Assembly: GCA_012295275.1 (NCBI GenBank)
Contig: CM022674.1
Span: forward strand, 8,122,001 to 8,186,000
DNA from: Chrysomallon squamiferum
Taxonomy: Eukaryota > Animalia > Mollusca
Reading direction: 5' to 3'
DNA: 64,000 nucleotides
Shown: in pieces, positions 53,177-64,000 of the stretch
How positions within the stretch are numbered: position 1 is the stretch's first letter
How the letters are laid out: each line of letters opens with the position of its first letter
Translations under genes and position numbers: made by a program
Notes under the pieces: generated by a model
What the model was told of the DNA's origin: nothing
The model's input: only the letters and a program-made list of their open reading frames with translations
Databases searched by the model: none

Positions 53177-53784
53177 AAAAGAGAACACAACAAAGTTTAA
53201 TCAAAGCAACCGAACGTGATTTAACTACTGGTGATTCTAGAATGTTAATTCATTATCCGAGACACTATTCACAAAGAAAAACCTTCAGATTAAGTCTTTT
53301 TTTTATATGATTTACTGAAATGTAGACAAAACGGTTTGTGACACTTTATCATAGCAAAATCTTTTAGAAAGCCAAATAGTAACACTAACAAGTCAAAGTA
53401 TAAAAAAATATATGTAAATATATGAATATTAATTAATATCAGCACATATGTGCCAAGATTATAAATAAACATACATATAATACACAAATATATAGTGTAT
53501 ACATCGGTACCAAAAATATAAAAAATAGGTATCATTGTTTGCATTTACTAGAAGATATTTTTCTGAATTATTAAGTTTTTAAAATATTTATTATTGTTGT
53601 TTAAATTAGTAACTGAATTAAGGGAAAAACACTTGTTCGTCGTTGACTATTCCACTAAGGAATCCTCCCAAAAGTTATAAGAGATGTTGTCTTAAATAGA
53701 AGGATTTTGAAGGAGACATGTTTTGACTGTAGATCCGCAGGACTGCCAGACGAGCTCTACTACTATAAAACAAAATTCAGGTCG

Positions 53785-53960
53785 CATGGATTGAAACCAT
53801 GGACTCGACACCAAATGTTCCTCATTTCCAACAGTTCAGTGCCGCTCTGGAATCTCCATGAGACCAACTGGCCACACACCAACAACAACCTGCATCAATT
53901 GCAGCAGAGAGTCAAGACGCTCCCTCAGTTCTTAGATGCTGTAGTCCGCTGGTTTTCAAC
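53785..53960 (+). mobile_element. Possible highly decayed Tc1 transposase C-terminal relic
   Basis: Across a frameshift, IETMDSTPNVP / ...VPLWNL...NNLHQLQQ...LPQFLDAVVR resembles Tc1 IExMDWPxxSPDLNPIExLW...NLxxL...W..IPQ. Confidence 0.35.
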
Positions 53961-54037
53961 CTTTTTCATACCGTGACAATTATGAGCAACTCAGTATGAC
54001 CGATGACCTCCTTTAAAACTTTTGATTCAATAATATC

Positions 54038-54240
54038 TAGGGTTACCATATTTTCATCAACCAAAGACAGTATAAAATGAATCTATATTCACTATGACGG
54101 GTCGAAACCTATCTTCACGTTTTTATTTATTCCTCCTTCCAAGTCAAGTTGAAAAAAGCTAAAATATACCCTCGCTCAAGGACGATCTCGCGACCCTAGG
54201 AACAAAGGCTGGTGACCCCCAGGTTGAAAATCTATGCTGT
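54038..54240. mobile_element. hAT-like MITE terminal relics
   Basis: TAGGGTTACCATAT (54039) resembles Tip100/Zaphod-type termini. GACCCCCAGGTTGAAAATCTATG (~54214-54237) resembles Charlie/MER5-MER20-type 3' ends. Confidence 0.35.
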
Positions 54241-55521
54241 AGACTATCTACTGAAACTTAAGTGTTCAAGTTATCTGGATGAAATAAAATGTATAAATAA
54301 TTATAATCCTTTCTTTCGTTTATTTATTGCCGGTAGACATACAATATACAACAATGAGGGACCATACCATTTTTATCTGGGAAACGGGCAGAGGATGAAG
54401 TGTGCAGCTAACCTTGACCTATGTTTTTATAAACTGTATGAGAAATATGACTGATGGGAGGTAATCTCCACTAACGCTGTACAGTTTGCTTAAGTAGTTC
54501 ACAAGCTGTGTAACGACTGGTGACAGATGGGAGACAACTTTACACGTAACAGAGCTACATTCAGCAGATTAGTTCATACTGACAATAATCTTAGCATCTC
54601 TCTGTCAAAAGTTACAGCAGAACATCAATTTAGTAAGAAAAGAAATAAGAAATAAATAAAATAAGAAATTAAAAAAATATATATATAATAATAATAATAA
54701 ACTGAAAAACGAAACCCACAAAAAACCAACATCCACAAACACACAACCGACTCACGTCGTACACTTCTGATTTTTGATAAAAGAAATGAGTAATAATAAA
54801 GATGTCACTGAAGATGTTTTACTGCTTTCAGTCCATGAGTTTTCTTAGACAGTGAAATGATATTGTAAAATTTATTGAATAAGAGATAACCGGGTCAAAG
54901 CACTGAACTGCAGTGTGTAATGTTACTAACTGTTATGTCTCACATTTCTAGATAAACTGCACACAAGCCTGAATTTTGAGTGTGTAATAAAACTGAGTTG
55001 TAGGAAATATACAGCAAACCTTGTCACCATCATCTGAGATGAGAGTAAAAATGAATGTTCTTCTTTACGCTGCGACTTGCAGTCGTATTTCTAGAATTCA
55101 TAAAATTCTGTATTTCTAGACTTTTAACAGCTGTGTTTCTAGAGTTCTTATGACGTATTTCTAGAGTTCGTAAAACGTATTTCTAAAGATAAAAAAGTTA
55201 TTTTTTTTTTTAGTTAAAATATAGAGCTGAATTCAAGTAGTTGTATTTATAAAGATCAAATAAATAGATGCGTTGTTAGAGTTCAGATAAACAGCTGTAT
55301 TCCTTGCTAATCAGTATCCGGGCTATTACTCAGGTAATCAATTGATGTTTAATAGAACATCTGCCAATCGTTTTACATGTGTGCATAATTAACATTATGA
55401 AAATGAACTAGAACTCTGACGTAGGTTATATGAACAGTTGTTGGTTATATGAGAAGTTAACAGTGGATTTCGAGAATATCACTTCACTTACGAAATAGCT
55501 TACGACTCCGGCTCATTTCCC

Positions 55522-55585
55522 TAATCATTTACTTAAGCGTTTACTTAATCATTTACTTAAGCGTTTACTTCATCATTTACTTAAT
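55522..55585. repeat. 24-bp tandem repeat, ~2.5 copies (TAATCATTTACTTAAGCGTTTACT)
   Basis: Read directly. Confidence 0.85.
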
Positions 55586-58500
55586 GATTTGCTTCAGCTA
55601 TCAGGCTAGAAAATAAAGTAATATGAGAAACCTAAACACTCAGGTTATTAGTTATAAAAATATGAATATTTTTAAATTTGTTATAATTTAATGACACGAA
55701 AGAGGAAAACCTGCTTCTGCTCAGCTGGATGTTGTTGATTATTGCTGTAGTAGAAAGTTATTTGTTTTTTATCCAGACGAAAGTAAAGCATGTAGAGGAG
55801 CCTCTGTTGAGCAGACTTGCAGGAGCGAGAACAAGCCCAGAGGGAGAGAGGAGGATGACTGATGAAGCGCCAGCCAGACTCAAGGAAACGCGCTGCCAGT
55901 GAGTTGCATAAATAAGCTGCGAGTGGCGAGGACGAACTCAAGTGGTCAGGTTTACGAGGCCCACGGTGCTTGTTCTCGAAATCCCGCTGTTGTCAAAACG
56001 ATAGGATCATAATAAAAACAAACTGAGTTATTTATTTGGGTAATTTTCGACTCAAGTGTTATTCACTTCGTTTAAGACGTTTCCTTCACCTCTCCATGAA
56101 CCGCTTTTCATTAAGAATCGCCGACCTGCGGATTTCCCGATAGACGCGGAATCTGTTATATAGATAAAATGCTTGTAGACATTAGACGGCAGAATCTTGA
56201 CCGTATTTCAATTTTGCTGCATGATCGCTTATAAAAGAGAAATGTGATCTATCTAAGTTAATTTGATCTTTATATCATCACATTTTCTACATTAACTTTC
56301 CTCTGTACGTGATACACGGTGACTTTACTAATCCAGTTTTGATTGAGTGTTTGGAATAGCTCGTTCGGCGCTTATGTACGTCGTCTGGCGGCACTTCGCG
56401 GGGATTAATCGAATAAAACTTCCAAGTCTGTGACACAAAATCACCACCAGTCCATTACACACAGCTAACCTGATTACAGGAAAATGTGACAGTATGATTT
56501 TAGTCATCATTTTTGAAAATATTAAAAAAAAAAAAAAAAAAAAAATAAAAGAAAGAGGTAAATATCTTACACAGACACAGAGAAAAAAAGTGAAGAAGAT
56601 GACAGTTTGATGTATGTACAAGGATTTTGAGAAGAAATCTGTTACTTCCAGTCCAGATAAAGGTTCTAATGACATTTCATTGAAGTACGTATCTCAGAGG
56701 TTGATTATATCCTAGATCACACCTACATACAAACAGACACACACTGAGATTTAGTCAAACAAGCAGACACAGAAACACTCTCAGACAGACATTCATACAA
56801 ACAAAGAGACAGACAGAGACTGACACAAAGACAGAAAACTCAGACAGCCACACTTACCAATGTTGACAAACAAACCCACTTACACATTAAAAGAAGCAGA
56901 GAGAGATCGATAGAAACAAACTCCAAGACTAATTCATACTTTCACGTAAATACACACGAACACACAACTAAACACATGTTCATACATATTTACAAACGTA
57001 TATTTCTTTGTCTGGGAGTACGTGTGAAAACGTGTGTGCACATTTCTGTCTAGAACCCGCAGTGGTAATAACGCGGACTACAAAAGGCGTTCGACTGAGG
57101 AAGCGAGAACGACAAAACAAGTTCAGTCTTTCTGGCTTATTGCATTAATCTTTAGCATTTCCAGACGTTGGCTGTAATTATATTTACTCACCAGAAAGCA
57201 GGATTAAAACATATAAATTTGTTAAAGGGTAAAAAAATAGTTGCAGAATCAATTTAGAATGAATAATGCTGGAATTGCTGTGGGTAATGGAATTATTTGT
57301 TCATCATTCTGCGTTGCAGATGTGAATAAAAGAAACGGACGGACAAGGATAACAACACCATTACAGCTACTCCGACGTTACACGACTGAAAGGAACAAAA
57401 GGAAACATCAGACGTCGACGTAATTGCGACGTAGATGGATAGACACAACCATACCATCCAATTAGTTTTAAAATTGCTTCAAGTAGGGATGTTAAATTGT
57501 GAAAAACGTGAGCAGCGGTAACAAAGGAACTCTAACAAGCCTTTACGCTTTATTCCACAGAGAGTTTTACTTTACGATCAGAGTTTAATAAAAATAAGAA
57601 GAGATCGTGACTTCTGTAAAGTGAAGTCAGTTCTCAAAGCTATAAATACAGATAAACATTGATGAGGCGTTGAAAGCAGTAATTACTCATGTATCTTTAG
57701 TCGGTCTTCTGCACATTAACTGCCTCTGACTCCTGAAACAAAATACTTTCTTGAAGAAAAAGGTCTGGAGATTCAAACATCAGTATTTTTCTTACCTTTC
57801 TCTAAAAGGTCTACATTAAGAGATATAGAGTCAATCAGACTAACAGACAAATACACACAGACATAAATATACAGACTGATAGCCACACGAATACATACTT
57901 TTCTTTAAAAGACTGTACATTAAGATATACAGACAAGTAGAGTGTCAGACTGACAGTAGACAGATAGACTTACATACAGACACAGACATACATATACAGA
58001 GAGAGATAATGACGGATAGAAACATACATAAAGATGTACATACAAGCACAGACAGACAGACATACACATACATAGGAAGAAAGGGCTGAGAGGGAGTTAA
58101 TGAAATATAAATAGACACAGAGTGATGGAGAGAAAGGTAATGAGGTGGACTAGAAAAAGAGCGAAAGAGGTAAACACTTTTATGAAAGAACTGGAAATAC
58201 GAGATTTGTTTAAACGGGATTTCACACATGTTAGTTAAAATATGTAAACACTGTTATAACATTCTCCATAATAATTATACGAACGTATATGGAATGCAGT
58301 ACATTTGTACATTTAATAGAACAGTTTAGAAAGTTCAGTGGTATCCTACAGAGATATAATGACGATCAAACTACAGGACAGTAAGTAAGAGTGTTGAGTA
58401 CTGCTCTTTACTAATATGTTAATAATAGACTAATGTATTATACAGACTGTTCTCATGCAAGAGTGTGAATGTTCACAACATGAATAAATAATTATTTTAA

Positions 58501-58677
58501 ATTTAAAAAATAACAAATGAATTGTTATCTATAGTCTGTACAGGTTAAAATGAAATCATCATGTTTGAATCTACTGCTACAGACAACTGCTGATTTATTT
58601 AGTTTTTGTGTCGTTTAGGACTGCAGGTGATAAACGAAATAACTGATTTCTGCGTTAAGATGTCAGCTTTATCCTGC

Positions 58678-58727
<50 letters not shown>

Positions 58728-59469
58728 GGCAAAACACACACATATTCACGCTAAACGGTTTGACGAATTTTGTATTATTAATAGTAAGACAGATGTATTC
58801 GAAATTGTGACATGAACATAATAAACGCTTCGCTAGATATATATGTCAGATATAAATGCTTTGCAGATCACAACTTTTAAACAATTAACGCAAAACTATT
58901 AAAGCGTATTCGTATATTCATGTAAAATGTATTTAATTAATTATCAGTTCAGTCACACATACACACTGACACAGAAACATGCACACACATATACATAATA
59001 TATATACACATACATATACATATACATGTACTGAAACTCAAATATATACATATGTGTGTGTGTGTTTGTGTGTGTGTGTGTATGTATATTTTTATTCCCA
59101 TAGAACTGACTGTTAATAACAGGTAAATTTAAAGGTAAAGAACTAATTTTAAAAATGTATAGAGGCAAGTTATCTGTAATTAAAACTATTTTCACAAAAC
59201 TGCAACTAATATTATAATACTGGGTACATTTATTTATTTTTATTTTTTTATTTATTTGTTTTAAAATTATTATTTTTTCCTTCTGTAGCAAACGTGCATT
59301 TATTTGTACACTAAAGTATTTACAAAAGAAACTAATATTTATCTTTCAAAATGTTTTCTGAAACTCGGCCTGTTTTTCAACGAGTCAGTCATTAACAAGA
59401 ATTATTTGTTACGAACACATATCAATGTGCGTGGAGCATATCAGAGAATCTGTACTTTAACTAGCTACA

Positions 59470-59805
59470 TAACTAATATGTTTTTGAAACACAAACTCTT
59501 TTAACAACACGACAGCAAATATTTCTTTAAATTTCTGAGCATATTCCAAACTAATATCTCTTACACAAACTTTTTAACAATACGATAAGAATCTTTATCT
59601 AAATTTATCAACGTACTGCAAAATTGTATTTCACTCTTTTAACAATATAAAACGAAATATTTATTAAATTCATCGGCGCATTCCAAAATGATATTTTCTA
59701 ACACAAACTCTTTTAACAGTACGAAAGCAAAATATTTATTTAAATTTTTAAGAGTATTCCAAAATAAGATTTCTAACAAAAACTCTTTTAAGAACACGAC
59801 GAAAC
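59470..59805. repeat. Degenerate ~70-bp tandem repeat, ~5 copies
   Basis: ACACAAACTCTTTTAACAACACGA-like core near 59489, 59563, 59632, 59702 and 59775. Confidence 0.75.
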
Positions 59806-61369
59806 TGTTATTACGAATGCACAAAACTTACCTTTCGTAGCGTTCTACGTCTTTCTACATTCACCGTAACTTGTCGCTGAAAATTTTTAATTTTAAAATA
59901 TCTGCTATGACAAACGAAGGTAAAAGAGCCGATTATGTCCACACTGACGTGAGCAGCTTGCACTGGCTGCAGCGAGTCCACGCCGCTCTAAATGACAGCG
60001 AGAGAGAAATCGATGAAACGTTCATTTCACAGAACCACTAAACAACAGAGACCAGCTGCTGTCATTGGTGCCTTCTTGTCAAAAAATAAAAATAAACGAT
60101 ATGAAAGTGTCATCGCTGACATCATCAAACGATCACATCAGATTCACAGATACAGAGAGACACGCAGATACACGCACGTGCTCTGTGTAACGTATTTCAC
60201 AGCTTCCTGGTTAATACATTGTTTTGTTGTTTTTCTACTTTCCGATAAAAATACTGCATTATACTGTTTCCGTATGAACTGAAAATCTATATATCAGCGA
60301 ATTAAAGAAAATGAATAAGTAAATGAAAAATAGGTTACAGTCTTATATATTAACCTAGCTTTTATATTCAGATTTATGGTTTAATCAAATCTGTCATGGA
60401 CCACGGTATTGATGCGATAATATAATCTTCATTCAGAACTCTGTATCTGCTTAATTAGAAAAAGATATCTTGATACTGACAACAACAGCTAATCCAGTAT
60501 AATATTGCCTTACGTTTGACACAAATTAGTGCTAATAATATGTGTGTAAAAGTAATGTTAATTAAACATGCACTTGAATCATCTCTGAAGAATCAGAGAA
60601 ATAGTTTTAGTAAATTAAGATACATTAATACGGCTTAGCAATAAATTCTTTATTTTATCTGACTACGATCCTGAATTTGTGATTACTCTATCTCTCTGTG
60701 TATACGAGAGTACACATACACACACGCGCACACACATACACACCTGTATTTTCATTTTTTCGAAAACTGACCTTCACCGTAGTTACTGCTGTTTACGACT
60801 GTAATATTCATAAGTAATAAAAAACCAAAATAATAACTTATTTTTTTAATTTATTTTTGTATGAAATATAATTTTCTTATTTCTATGTTACATTGTGGTT
60901 TCCCAGTTTGAAACCTGGAAGGTAATGTTTAATTTGCCAGGCTCACAGTGTGAGGCAGATTGTGTTAGACACATCGCGACTCGGTTTGTTCAGACTATTT
61001 CAGGGAATCACAGAGTGGGGTGCTGTTGTTTAAGATATTTTAGTTCAGTACAGAAATGGAATAATTTTGTTTGTAACGTCTCGTTTTGTTATCTTTTTAT
61101 AAAATGTTATTTTAAGTCGACCTTTTTAATTCAGTTTTTTTGTCACTGTGGTTTTATTATTACTACCGTAGCGACATTTCAGTTGACGTTGGTGTACATT
61201 GTTATCAGCAGCTACATCATCGGTCACAGCACATGGGATTAATTGAAAAAAGTTATTTTGAAACTGGCAGCTAATATAATTATTATTATATCTTCAATCT
61301 GGAGATAAATAATGAAAGACAGACACAACAGACAGACAGACAGACAGACCGATATATTCACACTCGCAT

Positions 61370-61575
61370 AAATATATACATACATACACCTATAAGTACA
61401 AACAAACATACATAATACATACATACATATATATATATTATACATATGTATGTATGTATGTATGTATGTATGCATATATGTATGTATAATGTATGTATGT
61501 ATGTATGTATGTATTATGTATGTATGTATGTATATATGTATGTATGTATGTATATAATGTATATATGTATGTATG

Positions 61576-61606
<31 letters not shown>

Positions 61607-61650
61607 ATATGTATGTATGTATGTATGTATTATGTATGTATGCATACATG
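61370..61650. repeat. (TACA)/(TATG)n compound microsatellite
   Basis: Read directly. Confidence 0.9.
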
Positions 61651-61653
61651 GTT

Positions 61654-61760
61654 GTCTCGGTGGCTGAATGGTGAATGGGTGAATGGGTGCCAAACGTTCG
61701 AGTCTCGTCAGCGGCGTCTGACGTGTTTGTGAGGTCGTGATTGGACTTTGTCCTCCTGCG
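61654..61760 (+). mobile_element. tRNA-derived SINE head (Pol III A and B boxes), degenerate
   Basis: A-box TGGCTGAATGG (61661-61671) and B-box GTTCGAGTCTC (61696-61706) at tRNA-like spacing. No complete cloverleaf could be built. Confidence 0.5.
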
Positions 61761-61817
61761 TCAGTGCAGAGTCTATTCAGACGTATTCAAAAAACTAAAC
61801 TACAGATATATAAATAT

Positions 61818-61818
<1 letters not shown>

Positions 61819-61908
<90 letters not shown>

Positions 61909-61917
61909 CACACACAT
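61819..61917. repeat. (CA)n microsatellite
   Basis: Read directly. Confidence 0.93.
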
Positions 61918-62915
61918 CTAGAAAATAATCAAGAAACTAACAAAATTAACGCTGGGAAATATGTTAGTATCCTAGTTTAAAAGGCAGGTTTTATAAGTGG
62001 AACCTTTCTCTCCTATGTTTCGATTCTGACATGATAATACATTTATTAGTTAAATCTAATAATGGTAATACAGAAACACAAAATGAATTAATTTAAATTA
62101 CAGGGTCAGTCTGACACTTCAAGACTTCAGTCACGTGTACGTTACTGGCTATTCAGCTGGAGTATTCTTTGAAACTTCACAGTTTTCTGAAGTTTGTCAT
62201 ATTCACCAAGTAATTTGCTTATGTCTGAACCCAGTGGGACAAGCCGCGAAGTGGTTTGACACTGGGACTCTGTAAATTAGATAACACACCAGGTTTTCGC
62301 CCCTTTAGAAGATTTTGTCAAACAGCTTTTCCCATTTGGTAATATTTTGCAGTTATGCACTTTTCTGTTCAGAAAACAGTCTTCTTTTTTTATCAAACTT
62401 CGCGATATTGAAACTGACAACCAATTTTATAAATAGAAAATAGTATTAGTTAAAAAAGGACGTCTGTATGTACTTTGTACGTCACTTTGTATGTCTTTAA
62501 TATTAGGTCCACGTTGGACTGAAAAAAACTTATTTAATAGACCAGTGAACGGTGACAGATTTCGTAGTCTACCGGGAATTGTATGCGCTGTTAATGATAT
62601 ACAGTTGGAATTACGTCACTCAAACACAGCTAATTTGAAAACTATCTGATAATGAACTTCTATTTCAATAATAAAAAATTTCGAGTTCAAAATTTCAAAA
62701 AGCTGAATATAATGAACAGAACCCTACTTCTAGAAATACGTGGAACATTTCGCATCTGCACGTGAATGTAACGTAGACAAAGAACACTGTAACTGAGAAT
62801 AATTGTTTTTGTTTAATCTGATCCAGACTGAGTATTGAACAAAAAATAAATCTGTGCTGTGTTATACAGTTCTTTGATTTAGTGTTTGGTAAACGAGGAA
62901 GAACACACGCATACA

Positions 62916-63018
<103 letters not shown>

Positions 63019-63301
63019 GCAGCAAAAAAAAAAAAACCGACATAATCAAAGAGTAATAACAATAAGAAAACAATGAAGCAGAAAAATAAAGATGAAGGAA
63101 ATTAAAAACAAAAATCAAAGCACTCAGACTTCTAACAACACAACAACGACATCAGCAATAATAACAACAATAACCACGAAGTCGAGGAGGACGACGACGA
63201 TGATGGTGACAGTGATAACAGCAGTGATGTTACATTGTACTGAAATATACTGACAAGTGTATAATACATGCACGCACTGAAGTAAAATGCACATTACAGA
63301 G

Positions 63302-63752
63302 ACAGATATGTGTTACAGATATGAGTTACAGGCATGTGTTACAAATATGAGTTACAGATATGTGTTACAGATGTGAGTTAACAAATATGAGTTACAGATA
63401 TGAGTTACAGATATGAGTTACATATATGAATAACAGATATGAGTTACAGATATGTGTTACAGATATGAGTTACAGATGTGAGTTAACAAATATGAGTTAC
63501 AGATATGAGTTACAGATATGAGTTACAGATATGAGTTACAGATATGAGTTACAGATATGAGTTACAGATATGTGTTACAGATATGAGTTACAGATATGAG
63601 TTGCAGATATGAGTTACAGATATGAGTTGCAGATATGAGTTACAGATATGAGTTACAGATATGAGTTGCAGATATGAGTTACAGATATAAGTTGCAGATA
63701 TGTGTTACAGATACGAGTTACAGATATGAGTTACAAATATGAGTTACAGATC
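63302..63752. repeat. 13-bp minisatellite, ~34 copies (ATATGAGTTACAG)
   Basis: Read directly. Confidence 0.96.
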
Positions 63753-64000
63753 TTGTCAGTGTTTTAGTTTTTAATGTTAAACTTTGTCAAGTGTTCTAAA
63801 ACCAGACTTAAGCTGTCAGACTTTCTCTACTGGTGATGTTTTCCAGTTAATTCAGTGAAGTTTGGCTTTTACCAAATTCTTCTCGATTATCTCGTTATCT
63901 GTCACTTTCTTGCTTCCTTTTTTCACTCTCTCCATTTCGTATTATGTGTTTCTCTACTGTACGTAGAAATAACATACAACATACACACAGAATAATGTCA

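Noticed and set aside
61654-61730. Functional tRNA gene
   Set aside because: A and B boxes are present but no acceptor or anticodon stems could be built; treated as a SINE head

Overview
AT-rich, microsatellite-dense animal genomic DNA with GT-AG spliceosomal introns. It is probably an invertebrate, plausibly a mollusc, which I infer from repeat content and protein style. Three protein-coding genes can be reconstructed by hand. (1) A complete 8-exon F-actin capping protein beta gene (CAPZB, minus strand, 8076->1049, 273 aa). (2) A divergently oriented 4-coding-exon gene (plus, 15486-32780, 195 aa) for a small PDLIM/Zasp-type PDZ protein with a polyQ tract and no LIM domain. (3) A class A GPCR with an intronless CDS (minus, 36528->35407, 373 aa). 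Upstream of the GPCR is a ~5.9-kb foldback structure: inverted arms of ~1.8 and ~2.15 kb around a ~1.9-kb spacer, with an internal 67-bp array of unequal copy number and exon-like sequence in the loop. The rest holds Tc1 and hAT relics, a tRNA-like SINE head, two minisatellites (30 bp and 13 bp) that share a core, a 1.8-kb TG tract and a pure (TTC)87 run. Most long ORFs in the supplied track are microsatellite artefacts. No CRISPR array, rRNA or tRNA gene was found.
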